A model generated the notes under the pieces. It made no database searches and had not been told where the DNA came from. It saw only the letters and a program-made list of their open reading frames with translations. A stretch of DNA of 54,351 nucleotides, counting the filler, from Heptranchias perlo (lineage: Eukaryota): assembly GCF_035084215.1 (NCBI RefSeq). It is 2 parts of 2 records of this genome, joined end to end, with 100 filler letters (N's around TTAATTAATTAA, not from the genome) between each part and the next. Parts side by side here need not be neighbours in the genome. Positions count along the whole stretch, not along the records: positions 1 to 26,073 come from NC_090368.1; 1 more part is not named here. The stretch is one strand, 5' to 3'. The translations under genes were made by a program, and so were the position numbers. Below are positions 12,388-25,621 of this stretch, in pieces. Within the stretch, counting starts at the first letter, position 1; each line of letters opens with the position of its first letter.

Positions 12388-12813
12388 TTGCATTTTTATA
12401 GCACCTTTCACAATGTCCTAAAGCACTTTACAGCCAATTAAATACTTTTGAAGTATTGTAAATTAGGAATTGCAGCCACACAGCAAGGTCCCACAAACAG
12501 CAATGTGATCGTGACCAGATAACGTCAGGTTTTGGTTGAGGGATAAATAACGGCCAGGTCATCGGGGAGAACTCCCCTGCTCTTCTTCCAATAGCGGCCG
12601 TGGGATCTTTTACGTCCACCCGAGAGGGGCAGACGAGGCCTCGGTTTAACGTCTCATCCGAAGGGCGGCATTCTCCGACAGTGCGGCGTTCCCTCAGTGC
12701 TGGCACTGGGAGCGTCAGCGTGGATTACGTGCTCAAGTCTCTGGAGCAGGACTCAAACCCACAAACTTCTGACTCGGAGGCGAGAGAGAGAGACAGAGCG
12801 CTACCCACTCAGC
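12388..12813 (-). mobile_element. SINE copy, same family
   Basis: Same core and head (CTCAAACCCAC...CCCACTCAGCCA). Confidence 0.78.
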
Positions 12814-13045
12814 CAAGCTGCCACAAGTGAAACATGCCCGGCTGGTGAGCTTATCACTTAGACTTTGTTGGCGCAATTGAAAGATTGTTCCAGCTCTTTT
12901 CTGAGAACCGAGCAGAGCCTTAATTAGTTGCACGGCCGGCAAGATTCAAACCACTGCAGGGAAACCATTTCGAATTTCAAAGATAACGACTTAAAACTCT
13001 CAGCTGCGGGTGGAGAAAGTTTTCACTCGATTAGCTTTAGGGGAT

Positions 13046-13760
13046 ATAAGACCATAAGAGATAGGAGCAGGAGTAGGCCATTCGGCCCCTCGAGCCTGCT
13101 CCGCCATTTAACGAGATCATGGCTGATCCGATTTTTACCTCAACTCCACTTTCCCGCCCTTTCCCCATATCCTTTGACTCCCTCGCAGATCAAAAATTTA
13201 TCTAACTCAGCCTTGAATGTATTCGATGACTCAGCCTCCACAGCTTTTTGGGGTAAAGAATTCCAAAGATTCACGACCCTCTGGGAGAAGAAATTCCTCC
13301 TCATTTCCGTCTTAAACGGGCGACCCATTATTCTGAGACTATACCCCCTAGTTTTAGATTCCCCCATGAGGGGTAACATCCTCTCAGCATCTACCCTATC
13401 GAGTCCCCTCAGAATCTTGTATGTTTCAATAAGATCTCCTCTCATTCTTCTAAACTCCAATGAATATAGACCCAACCTGTTCAATCTTTCCTCATAAGAC
13501 AACCCTTCCATACCCGGAATCGACCTAGTGAACCTTCTCTGAACTGCCTCCAATGCAAGTATGCCCTTCCTTAAATAAGGGCACCAGAACTGTACGCAGT
13601 ACTGCAGGTGTGGTCTCACCAGCACCCTGTACAGTTGTAGCATGACTTCCCCGCTTTTATACTCCATCCCCCGAGAAATAAAGGCCAATATTCCGTTTGC
13701 CTTCCGGATTACCTGCCGCACCTGTATGTTGACTTTTTGTGCTTCACGTACGAGGACAAA
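13046..13760 (-). mobile_element. CR1-clade LINE 3' fragment with an open ORF2 C-terminus (~200 aa)
   Basis: LYRVLVRPHLQYCVQFWCPY...LEAVQRRFTR...RGDLIETYKIL...RRNFFSQRVVNLWNSLP is the CR1 ORF2 C-terminus; 3' UTR tail present. Confidence 0.93.
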
Positions 13761-16700
13761 TCGGGGGCACCTCCAGTTTGTTAGGCGGTGGTCGCATCCT
13801 CGGGTCAGGGAGTGCTGCGGTAGCCCACGGGGTACTGTCAATGGCCCACCCCCATTCAAATTTTCCCATGTTGTGACGTGCGATTGGTGCAAGTGACAAA
13901 AGGAGAGGTTGGATAGGGTCGTGTGGTGGTTACGTTACTGGACTAATAATAGAGAACGTTAGTTCAAAACCCACCATGGCAGTTTTGAGAATTTGAATTG
14001 GAAATAAAAAGCTGGTATCAGTAAAAACGCCCATGAGGCTGTCGGATCGTAGAAACCCAACTGGTTCACTAATGTCCTTCAGAATCGTACAGCACAGAAG
14101 GAGGCCCTTTGGCCCTTCTCTTTGAAGGAGCTATCCAATTAGTACCACTGCCCCTGCCCTTTCCCCACAGCCTCAAACATTTTTCCCCTTCAAGTCGTTC
14201 CCTTTTGAAAGTTGCTATTGAATCTGCTTCCACCGCCCTTTCAGGCAGCGTATTCCAGATCAGAACTCGCTGCTTAAAAAAAATCTCATCTCCGCCTCTG
14301 GTACTTTTGCCAATGACCTTAAATCGGTGTCCTCTGGTTACCGGCCCTCCTTGTCACTTTAGTGGGAGCAAACCTGCCCTCCTTACCTGACTCCAAGGGC
14401 CTATATGCGATTCCAGTCTCGCATCAATACGGTTCTCTCTCACCCGCCCTCTGAAACGGTCCCGCGAACCAGTTCTGTTGTATTAGAGGTGGGCAATAAA
14501 CCTCCGGCTTTGCACCCAGAGAATGAATTTTAAAAAAAGAGAACAGCAGAGCTGAGGAAATATCAAGAGGCACGTGGATCCAAGTCTGCAGCAACTGCAA
14601 ATATTTATTATGTCAGCTTTGTACAGAGGCGCTCAATGCAGCTACAACACCGACGTGGCACAGCTGGAAGAGACGGCGTGAGGTTCGTCTTCCAGCGGCT
14701 TGAGTCTTTTGCGACATCGGCACATCTGAGAAGGGAGAGTGGGATGTCGTGACGTACCAGAGGCGGGCGGAGGAAGACGCCTCACTCGGGGGAGCTGACG
14801 CGAGCAGAGGTCGATCCCCAGCGAATGGGGCGGTGCTCGGCTGTGTCAGGCTAATTCGTCAGCTGTTCTGTTGTTAGTTCAGCTCCGGTCGTAATTAGAC
14901 ACGAGTAGAAAAAAGGTGCGTAGCCCAGTGGTGCAGAGCTTTGTGGTATTAAAGCACGGGGTTGCGGACTAGTAGGATAATAGGCCTGGCGTCCATGATT
15001 TACCAACCCCCTCCCCATCAAATCTCTCCCCATCTTTTCTGAAGGTAGGGTGCCAAGTGTGTGAGCCTCGATGCTCAGTGCCAGCGGACTATTGAACCAC
15101 GCAGAGCATCGCAGCTGAGGCCCCCCCAGGGCTGTCCTCGCCCAATGGCACACCTGTGCGCTTTCCAGCAGGGGGTGTCACTGAACAGCAATCAGGAGCA
15201 GGAGCTCTGGCTCATTGTCCCCTTTCCTTATGCCCAGGGGGACTGAGGATAACAACCCTATCATTGCCATGCTCACTCCTACAGGTAATCTGGCACCTCA
15301 GTGCAGACTGGGCATCGAACCTGGCACCTCCTGGTCTGTATGGTTGACTACCACAATGCGGGGGGGGGAGCAGTTACCCCCTTAGTGTTTGGAAGAGCTT
15401 ACTGCATAGACCCAAATTGGTAGGATCTCAATATCCAGCACCTCTACCTCTCCCCTTCACTCACGCTGCCTGCATTCACAAGGATGTGGGGCAACTGGGC
15501 TACTGCACAGCTGACCACTTTTTTGCACAGAATTACTGCTCCATGCCGGTGTTTATGCTCCACACGAGCCTCCTCCCACCTTACTTTATCTCACCCTATC
15601 AGTATAACCTTCTATTCCCTTCGCCCGGATGCGTTTATCTAGCATCTACACTAATCATCACAACCACTCCATATGGTAACAAGTTCCACATTCTCACCAT
15701 GCTCTTGAGCAAAGAAGTTTCTCTTGGCCTCTGGGATTCTCAACAGTAATAAATTTAGATTTATAACGAGCAGGGGGGAGTCCTATAACCAAGTCTCTTT
15801 TTGACAGCATCTCCCAACCCCAGCGAGAGGGAGAAAAACACCATCGCCTCCAGGTTCACCTCCCGTGTCACACGCCACCCTGACCGGGAGATCGAGCGGC
15901 CGCTCTTTCGTCGTCGCTGGGTCAAAACCCCGGAGTTCCCCTCCCATCGTCGTGGGTCCACCTTCTCGTGGGCAACAGATGTGGCCCTGCCAGCCTTACC
16001 CACACTGCCAACATAATGACCTTCACCCTTACTTATGAGAAAATGTCGCAAGTGTCCCCACTGACCCACCCGGGACGAACGGGAGGTGGGCAAACCACAG
16101 CCGTTGACCCCCCCATCTCATGTTGCCACAGAGACTCCTCCAGGTTGATGAGATACAGAAGGGTACATTTTTCACTTGCCCCTCAATAGCAACTTGATCA
16201 GGAATCTGTCAGACCTGCTATTTGCCATTCATTATGGCAGTATGGCTGTTCCTATTAAATCCCCCTCCTTCCCCCCCAAACAAAAATCCCTCTCCTCCTT
16301 CACAAATTGAAGTAGCAATAACTAGGGCTAGGTTACAGGCAATTCTCATCCATGTTTTCAAATCCCTCAATGGCCTCGCCCCTCCCTTTCTCTGTAACCT
16401 CCTCCAGCCCTACAACCTTCTGCACTCCTCCAATTCTGGCCTCTTGCGCATCCCCCGATTTTAATCGCCCCCACCATTGGCGGCCGTGCCTTCAGCTGCC
16501 TCGGCAATAAGCTCTGGAATTCCCTCCCTAAACCTCCCTCTCCTCCTTTAAGACGCTCCTTAAAACCTACCTCTTTGACCAAGCTATCGGTCACCTGTCC
16601 TAACATCTCCTTTTGCGGATCGGTGTCATCTTTTGTCTGATCATCGCTCCTGCGAGGCGCCTCGGGACGTTTTACTACATTAAAGGCACTGTATAAATGC

Positions 16701-18878
16701 AGGTCGTTGTTGTGAGAACAATGACCCATCAATTCAAGTCTTGATCACTGGAGTGAAATAACATTTCAGGTCGACGACCGTTTGGCAGAACTCCCAGTTT
16801 TTGTCTCACCCGGACAGGTGTCACCGGACAACGACCAGGCCAGCCACCGACAGAAGAGTGTTTGAAGCCAAAGGACATCATTGGTTCCGAAAGTGCCTGC
16901 AGGAGTTTCCCGATTGCCCCTGCCCTTGGAGATGCAAAAAAAAAAACACGGGAGGAAAGCCGTTTTTTTTATCCATTAGCTCAGGAGGTGGTAGAGAGAG
17001 CCACCCTGCATTAGAAAATCTTTTCATCCCTTCTGTTACCATGGCAATTAAGACGCAATTCTCATTATAGAATCATCCCTGTCTATCACCTTCTCTTACC
17101 CGTCTCACCTACTCAACCCACCTTATTGCACATCCATTTATCCAGCTCACCTGGCTATTTCCAACCTGCCCCAACCCAAGGACAGGTAAACCCACCTTGA
17201 GCGGAACAACAAGCCACAAGCATTTTTCCTAATTAACTTCTTAAAATATTTTTTCCCTACACAGCCAACTGTAAAGTTCATTTACCCCCCCACCCAACTT
17301 CTCTTACTCTCCTAAAGTACGGATCCACAAGCACCTTGCCCAAATGAGCCTGGGCTGCGAGTGTGCCGGCAAGCTATTCAACCACAAGAGGCACACCAGC
17401 CAGCTCCGTCCTCGCCCGAGGTCCGCACCTGCACTTTCCCGCAGGAGTCACTGGACCGTTTCTCCCCACCCCCCCCCCCCCCCCCACCTTTAGCTAAGGG
17501 ACATTGAGGCAAATGGCAGTGTCCCGCCCTGGGGACCAGTTTACATTATCATAGAGCAGGGATGGATCCTGGGATCCTTTGGTCGATATAGCTCAGGTGT
17601 CGCAGTGTTATCTAGTGGGCAACTGGGGGGAATGTTTCTGGATCTATGCAGAAGATCTCAGATCACCAGGGCTGCCTCCCAAAAGTTCGGGGAAACCTCC
17701 CAATTGGACTGTCCCAATACTCAAGTCCAGATCACCACCGTCATTAGTATAAAAAGGGATGGGCACCTGCAACACTTCATAGCTCCATTGGGAGGGGGAG
17801 TGGGGGGGAAAAGAGAGAGAGAGAGAGAAAGGGGACAGTTTCAACTGAAGAAATCAAAATAATAATAATAATGAAAAAAAGGCACTCTCTTTGTAGTCCT
17901 AACGGCAATCGATTGCTCCGGGAGAAGCACATTCCCCCCTCCCAATGGAATTTCGGAACTTAGGGAGGGCAGAGTTCCGGCAGAAACAGCTCCCGCCCCC
18001 TATTCCGGTTCCTTCACCCCCCCGCCCCGCACCCCTCCCCAAACTTGTATCTTCATTTCATCCTCCCAGGCCCAGGGATTTCAGGGTCCAGGATTCAGTA
18101 TAGACAATTGGGAATTCTTATGTTCGTCCTGCAGAAAGTATCTCAAGAACCTTAAAAACAAAAAGGAGAGAGAGGGAGCCTCGTCCTTCAAAAGGAACAA
18201 AGAATGGAAATGAAAGAAACAGCTAATAATACAATGCCCGATAAGAGTTGTTAAAAGATTAAAGCTTTGGATTGCTCAACAAATCTTCAACCTCAAACTC
18301 CATCCATCAACAGTCACAATCTCCGCTCCCTCCTCCTCCTCCTCCTCCCCATTACAGACTTCACACAGATCAGCTGAGATTATGAATCACCCTCTCCCCC
18401 CAACCCCCCTGCCATACCCCAAACCCCCTCCAGTCCCCAACAGCAAAGGGATCCAAAACGTCAAAGAATATACGAAGAAGCAAAGCTTAAATACTGTTTT
18501 CCAGGCTTGACATACTGGGAGGNNNNNNNNNNNNNNNNNNNNNNNNNNNNNNNNNNNNNNNNNNNNNNNNNNNNNNNNNNNNNNNNNNNNNNNNNNNNNN
18601 NNNNNNNNNNNNNNNNNNNNNNNNNNNNNNNNNNNNNNNNNNNNNNNNNNNNNNNNNNNNNNNNNNNNNNNNNNNNNNNNNNNNNNNNNNNNNNNNNNNN
18701 NNNNNNNNNNNNNNNNNNNNNNNNNNNNNNNNNNNNNNNNNNNNNNNNNNNNNNNNNNNNNNNNNNNNNNNNNNNNNNNNNNNNNNNNNNNNNNNNNNNN
18801 NNNNNNNNNNNNNNNNNNNNNNNNNNNNNNNNNNNNNNNNNNNNNNNNNNNNNNNNNNNNNNNNNNNNNNNNNNNNNN

Positions 18879-19086
18879 GCGAGCGAGAACGAGAGCGAGC
18901 GAGAACGAGAGCGAGCGAGAACGAGAGCGAGCGAGAACGAGAGCGAGCGCGAGCGAGAACGAGAGCGAGCGAGCGAGAACGAGAGCGAGCGAGCGAGAAC
19001 GAGAGCGAGCGAGAACGAGAGCGAGCGAGCGAGAACGAGAGCGAGCGAGAACGAGAGCGAGCGAGCGAGAACGAGAGCGAGCGAGC
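18879..19086. repeat. (GAGC)n/GAGAAC compound microsatellite next to an N gap (18523-18878)
   Basis: Direct inspection; lies ~215 bp 3' of the RAB13 stop codon. Confidence 0.9.
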
Positions 19087-19301
19087 AGCCTGGGTTAGAA
19101 CCTTCTGCTGGGGAGTGCCAGGGCGCGGTGGGAGTGGGGGGGGTTTCTAGTGAGGGTAACGCTGAATTAAACCGCGAGTGAAGCTGGAATGGTTCAATGT
19201 TCCACTCCCAGACAGACAGGTCCAGTGGTCGATCTCAATGAGTTATCCACAGTGGCTCTGCGGGGGAGCTTACAGGAGCTGTAGTAGGTGGGTGTTGACT
19301 T

Positions 19302-19379
19302 TTAGACTAAGGAACACTTGGAGGAACTGCTCTTCTGCGGGCTGTCCAACGAAGTCTTGTTGCTTGAGGAGCCAATGCC
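19302..19379 (-). CDS. RAB13: RAB13 last coding exon (GIGSSSNKTSLDSPQKSSSSKCSLV*)
   Basis: Pyrimidine tract plus cctag| acceptor; phase 0; ends KCSLV-TAA, a CaaX-type prenylation tail like human RAB13 KCSLG. Confidence 0.88.
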   Translation of the reverse strand, partial: GIGSSSNKTSLDSPQKSSSSKCSLV

Positions 19380-20015
19380 CTAGGATTAGACAATAGAAAT
19401 AGAAGAGTTAGACAAGAAGAAAAAAGACATCGTCAGGAATCTCTGATTTGCAAGGCCTCCGAATTGTTTTTGGGTGAGCCTCCCTCCCCCCTCCACCATC
19501 CCCACCTCCAATTTTCTTCCCGAATGTGCTTAAGGAAGAGATTTATGCTGGGGAACAGCACCGACCAATAGCCCTCTCCGGTTAGCTGGCCCGAGCAGCA
19601 ATTCTAGCCGAGGCAGCGAGCGTCAGCAGGGGTAACGAAAGCTTCGGGAGGCGTCACAGGGAGAAAATCAGCCGGGGACTCCTCCTCTCCCTGATCCAAG
19701 TCCAGCGGAAAGTGCGAGTGCACGCATGTCGGAGGTGGCCCCCCCCCCCCTTGCCCTTGGTCCAATAAGCTGGTGACACTCGCTGTCTAGGCTCAAGACA
19801 TGAAGACCGATCACTTGGGCAATGTCCTGGGGAGCAGACAGCACCTTTAAGAGGGGAGAGGCGAAAAGAGTAGGAAATCAATGCCTGCGCCCCGATAAAC
19901 CCATAATCAGGCTCCCACATAGAGCAAGGAACAGGCGAGTGGGAAAGACTCTTTGGGGCTTGGGAGCCAGTCTACTGACAACAGTGCAAGGAAATCAGTC
20001 CTGCAGTAAACTTAC

Positions 20016-20066
20016 CGATTTCTTGCTTGTCTTTATCAATATGTCGTGGGCCAGGGATTGAAATGC
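20016..20066 (-). CDS. RAB13: RAB13 penultimate exon (AFQSLAHDILIKTSKKS)
   Basis: taacag| acceptor and TCG|gtaag donor; 51 bp; matches the AFxxLAxDIL helix of the Rab8/10/13 family. Confidence 0.9.
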
Positions 20067-20229
20067 CTGTTAGTGATCAGACAGGGAGTTACGTTCAGTA
20101 CGTACAGGATAACAGACAGGCTGGAGTGCACTTAAAAAGAAAAACTTTCAATTCTATCATCCTCACCGCATTGAAAAGCATTTCACGCAATGAATTATTT
20201 TTGAAGCTGGCTTACTGTAATGTAAAAAG

Positions 20230-20800
20230 ATTTGCATTTATATAGCGCCTTTCACAGCCTCAGGACATCAGCCTGTGAAGTACTTTTTTTTCTTTAAAAA
20301 GTGTGGTCGCTGTTGCAATGTGGGAAACGCGGCAGCCAATTTGCGCACAGCAAGATCCCACAAACAGCGATGAAATAAATGACCAGCACGTCTGATTTAG
20401 GCGTTGACTGAAGGATAAATATTTGCCCAGGACACCGGAGAGAACTCCTCCTGCTTGTCTTCGAAATAGTGGCCGTGGGATCTTTTACACCCACCCGAGA
20501 GGGGCAGACGGGGCCTGGGCTTAACGTCTCATCCGAAAGACGGTTTTTCTCAAACAGAGCAGCCTGGTTGGCGCTCGACGCCTTCCCTCGAGTTTGATAG
20601 ACCTGCCTGCTGGGTACCGAGCTGTGGGGTTTAAATGGAGGCCAGGGTTCAATCCGTGTCGTCCGTAAGACGGCACCTCCGACAGTGCAGCACTCCCCTC
20701 AGCACTGCACTGGAGTGGTCGGCCTGGGTTGTGTCTTGAACCCTGGAGTGGGGACATGAACCCACAATCATCTGACCCAGAGGTAAGAGTGCTACCAACT
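20230..20800 (-). mobile_element. SINE copy interrupted by a ~120-bp insert
   Basis: The SINE breaks at CCGAAAGACGG (~20543) and resumes at CCGTAAGACGGCACCTCC (~20663). Confidence 0.75.
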
Positions 20801-21499
20801 GATTATAAGGGTGCAAGATGCTGCTGATTTAAGAAGTTATTAAAGTCCGCTAAAGTTTTATGTCTATAGTTTACTAGTGTTGTGCCAACATTGGTCTATT
20901 TTCGCCTAACAATTCCCAAGTCCGTCTAGTCCGACGGATCGTCTGGCCATTATCACATCGCTGTTTGTGGGAGCTTGCTGTGCTGCAAAACGGCTGCCGC
21001 GTTCAAAAGTACTTCATTGGCTGTAATGCGCTTTGGGAAGCCCTGCGGTCGTGAAAGGCACTGTGTAAACGCAAGTTCGCTCTTTCCCTTCCTCTCACGA
21101 TCCGCAATGTTCGATCGTTGCTCCGATCTCGGGTGCGGCAGCAGTGGGTCAACTACAGGTGGCCTCACTGCCCCTAGGATGGGGTTTGGGGTGGGGGGGA
21201 GTGGGGGGTGAGTAAGGTAGTAAGTCAGCCAGGTTTCCCGCTCGTGATCGCTGTTCAGTCAGTCCTGGTGCAGGTCACAAGTGCGCGCAGGATCGGGCTT
21301 GGCTGTGAAGCCCCTGCAGCTGAATTGCCTGCTGGCACTTAAGATTTCACACCCAAAGAATGAGGACTAGGCTAAGGTACTGGAGGGCAGCTCCTCCCCC
21401 TGGACCTTCCCCCCCCCCCTCCCCAATGTATGTTGGCACCTTGAGGAGTGGGGGATAAAGAAACCAGAAAATCGACAGAAGAATAATTAGTTTCAACTA

Positions 21500-21980
21500 C
21501 AATTTGTGTTTATAAAGCAGCTTTGATGTTGTAAAACGTCCCAAGGTGCTTCACAGGAGCGATAATCAAACAAAATCTGATAATCCGAGCCACATAAGGA
21601 GATATTAGGGCAGGTGACCAAAAGCTTGGTCAAAGAGGGAGGTTTTAAGGAGCGTCTTAAAGGAGGAGAGAGAGGCGGAGAGGTTTAGGGAGGGAATTCC
21701 AGAGCTTAGGGCCCAGGCGGCTGAAGGCACGGCCGCCAATGGTGGAGCGATGGAAATCGGGGGATGCGCAAGAGGCCGGAATTGGAGGACGTAGAGATCA
21801 CGGAAGGGTTGTAGGGGCTGGAGGAGGTTACAGAGAGGGGGAGGGAGGGGCGAGGCCATGGAGGGATTTGAAAACAAGGATGAGAATTTTATAATCGAGG
21901 CGTTGCCGGACCGGGAGCCAATGTAGGTCAGCGAGCACGGGGGGGTGATGGGTGATCGGGACTCGGTGCGAGTTAGGATA
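21500..21980 (-). mobile_element. L2-like LINE 3' fragment
   Basis: TRTESRSPITP...SSFKTLLKTSLFDQAF remnants; related pieces at ~6290-6510, ~11655-11905 and ~16345-16710. Confidence 0.78.
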
Positions 21981-22384
21981 GTTACCAGAGTCAAACAGTA
22001 AAATAAAGAAAGAGGGAGGGGCTGGCTTCGCTCGGGCATGTTAGTGACTCGACAGGAAGTAAACTCCCTAACCTAACGTGAGGCTCAGTTTCCCAGGGAA
22101 AATCCCAGCTATTTTAAGCCAACACCCTTGTTATCTTCACTGAACAAGAAGGGAGAGTCTCGCAGCTTTACCCAAAATTGCGTACTTGAATGCAGAGTCT
22201 CAAATTACACCTGCCATTTAAAACGTACGAGACAAAAATACAGAATCCAGGAAAACGTACACCTGAAAGTGCCCTCAGGCCGACCTTAGTCACGGATTTC
22301 AATTAAAACTTCATCTGGTTTAATTAAAAACATGGGAGTGCTCCATCCACCTCCCCCAGGGTTTGAATCTGCTGCTCCCTCTCA

Positions 22385-22890
22385 GGAGTGTGCTGTAGGA
22401 CGGGGAAAATGACCAGTGCAGCGCTGAGGGAGTGCTCCACTGTCGGAGGTGACGTCTTTCGGATCCCGTGTAAAAGATCCCACGGCACTATTTCGAAGAA
22501 GAGCAGCAGGGGAGTTCTCCCCTCCCCGGCCTCCTGTGGTCACTGTTGTAATGTGGGAAACGCAGCAGCCAATTTGCGCACAGCAAGATCCCACAAACAG
22601 CAATGTGATAAATGACCAGATCATCTGTTTTTTTTTTCCCCAGTGATGTTGGTTGAGGGATGAATATCCCCAGGACACCGGGGAGACCCCCCCTGCTCTT
22701 CTTCGAAATGGCGGCCGCGGGATCTTTTACGTCCACCCGAGAGGTTTAACGTCTCGTCCGAAAGACGGCACCTCCGATGGTGCGGCGCTCCCCTCAGCAC
22801 TGCAGTGGGAGAGTCCGCCTGGATTATGGAGTGGGGACTCGAACCCACAACCTCCTGACTCAGAGGCTACCCACTGAGCCACAAATGACA
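22385..22890. mobile_element. Two SINE pieces in opposite orientation
   Basis: + strand fragment at ~22410-22522 followed by a minus-strand copy at ~22535-22890. Confidence 0.7.
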
Positions 22891-23130
22891 CTCGTAAATA
22901 GGGCGAGTAATCGGTTATCGCTCAGCGACCCTCTCTCCGGGGCCCCGTAAAGCACAATCGCAGATGCGGGCAGCCAGTCGCGCCACGTGTAGCAAGTTCA
23001 CGAGCCCATCACTAGCTCTGCCCCTAGACCAACGTACGAGTGACACGGAGGGGAGCCGATAAGAAAATTTAAACTCGGACATTTCTTTTCCCAAACCTTT
23101 CCTGGTTAAAATGAGAGGAACTCGTCTTAC

Positions 23131-23196
23131 CTCTTCCACGTTCAAGCTAGATTTGGCACTTGTTTCGAAGAATCGGATCCCGTGATCCTTTGCCAG
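23131..23196 (-). CDS. RAB13: RAB13 exon (LAKDHGIRFFETSAKSSLNVEE)
   Basis: gcag| acceptor and GAG|gtaaga donor; 66 bp; G5 box ETSAK. Confidence 0.93.
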
Positions 23197-23841
23197 CTGC
23201 AGCCAAGAGAAGAACAGACACAAAATTCAAGTTTATTATTACGGGATGCCCGGGTCTGGGTGTCGTGGCGACTGAAGGCCCGCTTGCACATTCCTTGGCT
23301 TTCAAAGAGCAGAATCAGGCAGAAAGACACTGGCGTTAACCGTAATTCTCTGTAAAGTCTTTTCCCCTTTCACCTCCAGGGGAGGAGAGGAGAGGAGAGA
23401 ACTGCCTGACGATTCCTAACTGGCGTACGGTTCCAGGGGAGCTGGCCAACGTTTCTAAACCGCTATCGGGAGGGAAAACTCAGGCTTCAGGACACGGGCA
23501 CTGCCCTTCCAAGCAGTGCAGTGCTGGATTCCTGCCCTCATTACCGAGGATTGATCCTTCAACTGCCTCTGTGTCCCACTCTCCTTGTACAGTGCAAGAT
23601 AAATCATATTTAACCAGGTGTTTCCACTTGTGGAGGGAGTCCAAAACTAAAGGAATATAATTATAAGATAGCTGCCAATAAATCCAAGATTTATCCATCT
23701 CCCGGGTATGCAAATACTACCATTTATAGAACTATACTGCAATCCATTAGCAGTGACTATGACACAATGTGTGTTATTTTAAATGTTTAACTAATGCTTG
23801 CTTATTGCAAATGAATTGCTATCATTATACGATCAGGAAAC

Positions 23842-24262
23842 ACTGAACAGGCTGGGGCTCTTTTCTCCAGAAAAGAGAAGGCTGAGGGGGTGACCTGATC
23901 GAGGTCTTTAAAATTATGAAAGGGTCTCGATAGGGTAGACGTAGAGAAGATGTTTCCACTTGTGGGGGGAGACCAGAACTTGGGGTCATAAATATAAGAG
24001 AGTCACTAATAAATCCAATAGGGAATTCAGGAGAAACCTCTTTACCCAGAGAGTGGTGAGAATGTGGAACTCGCTCCCACATGGAGTGGTTGAGGCGAAT
24101 AACATGGATGCATTTATGGGGAAGTACATGAAGGAGAAAGGAATAGAAGGATATGCTGATCGGGTTAGATGAAGTAGGGAAGGAGGAGGCTCGTGTGGAG
24201 CATAAACGCCGGCATGGACCAGTTGGGCCGAATGGCCTGTTTCTGTGCTATAAAATTCGATG
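23842..24262 (+). mobile_element. CR1-clade LINE 3' fragment, decayed
   Basis: RRNLFTQRVVRMWNSLP remnant and GGGCCGAATGGCCTGTTTCTGTGC tail; a second tail lies at ~24470-24640. Confidence 0.82.
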
Positions 24263-24966
24263 CATGTAAAGAGAAGAGGTGAGAAGATTGGGGAATCACA
24301 TTTCGCATTTTAAGCCACCGTTTATAAGATCCCCGACCTAATTGTAAATATTACTGTTTATAAAATTCCTGATCCAATTGTAAATATTCTGCCCGGCTCA
24401 CTATTGCGGTTATGCAGTGTGCATTCAAGAGAGTGTAATCTGCTCTGCCAAGAGGATCTGCAGCTGAGGGGAATAACATAGATGGATTTAAGGGGAAGCT
24501 GGATAAACACATGTGGGAGAAAGGGACTAGAAGGATATGCTGATAGGGTGAGATGAAGAGGGGTGGCAGGAGGCACGTTTGAAGCATAAACACCAGCATA
24601 GACCAGTTGGGCCGAATGGCCTGTTTCTGTGCAGTAAATTCGCTGTAATTCTGGGTGATGCTTCCTTCACCTCCAGCCTCACTATTTCCATCACAATCTT
24701 TCTTGCTCCATAATTAAAATCAGCACAATTACGCTCAGCGCTTCTCTGAAATTTTCCTCTCTCGTACCTCCTAATTCCCTCGGCCTACCACACACACTCT
24801 TCCTACCTCCCTGCATCCTCGCTGCGTTGAAACCGAGACGTACCTCACCGTCTCCTACTCTTAACTCATTCTTTCCCCAGCGCCTCAAGCTTCCACAGCC
24901 CGATCTACAAGCCTCCACAGCCCAAACACTACACAAGCACATGGGAGTCGGGATTGTCCAACTCAC

Positions 24967-25056
24967 CTTCTCTGCCTTGTCCTTGGCCACCTTCCTTTTA
25001 CTTTCCATGTCACACTTGTTTCCCAGTAACATTCGCTCGACCGTTGCCGAGGCGTT
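24967..25056 (-). CDS. RAB13: Ras-related protein Rab-13, internal exon ([30 protein letters not shown])
   Basis: gcag| acceptor and AAG|gtgagt donor; 90 bp; G4 box GNKCD; matches recalled human RAB13 [23 protein letters not shown] better than RAB8/RAB10. Confidence 0.92.
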
Positions 25057-25142
25057 CTGCGTGAAGGAAAGCATCAGCCATTAAACCCTCGAAGATTAGC
25101 GTTTACAAGTCACAAAATAAATATTGCATAGAGAGGACGGAA

Positions 25143-25621
25143 GACTTGCATTTCTAATCGGGCCTTTCACGACCTCAGGGCGTCCCCAAAGCGCTTTACA
25201 GCCAACGGAGCACTTTTTTGAAGCGTAGTCACCGTTGTAACGTAGGGAAACGCGGCAGCCAATTTGGGCACAGCAAGATCCCACAAAACAGCAATTTGTT
25301 AGAGGCCAGGTAATCTGTCTTAATGATGTCGGTTGAGGGATAAATATCGGCCCCAGGACACCGGGGAGAATCCCCCCCTCCGCCCCGCGCTCTTCTTCGA
25401 AATAGTGGCCGTGGGATCTTTTACGTCCGCCCGAGAGGGGCCTCGGGTTTAACGTCTCATCCGAAAGACGGCGCCCTCCGACAGTGCGGCACTCCCTCAG
25501 TACTGGCACTGGGAGTGTCGGCCTGGATTGTGTGCTCAGGTCTCTGGAGTGGGGGCTCGAACCCACGACCTTCTGACTCGGAGGCGAGAGAGAGAGCTAC
25601 CCACTGAGCCACGGCTGACAC
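25143..25621 (-). mobile_element. SINE copy, near full length
   Basis: Tail CTTGCATTT, core, and head CTCGAACCCACGACC...CCCACTGAGCCACGGCTGACA. Confidence 0.82.

Noticed and set aside
13140-13892. 250-aa ORF as a host gene or active LINE
   Set aside because: It is only the C-terminal end of CR1 ORF2, 5'-truncated and without the RT core or endonuclease.
18507-19181. 224-aa ORF with RASENESE repeats
   Set aside because: It runs through an N gap and a GAGC microsatellite.
19302-25056. RAB13 as a truncated pseudogene, or as RAB8/RAB10
   Set aside because: All four exons are intact with canonical splice sites, and the missing 5' part coincides with the linker. NASA.VER, KRKV and KCSL fit RAB13.
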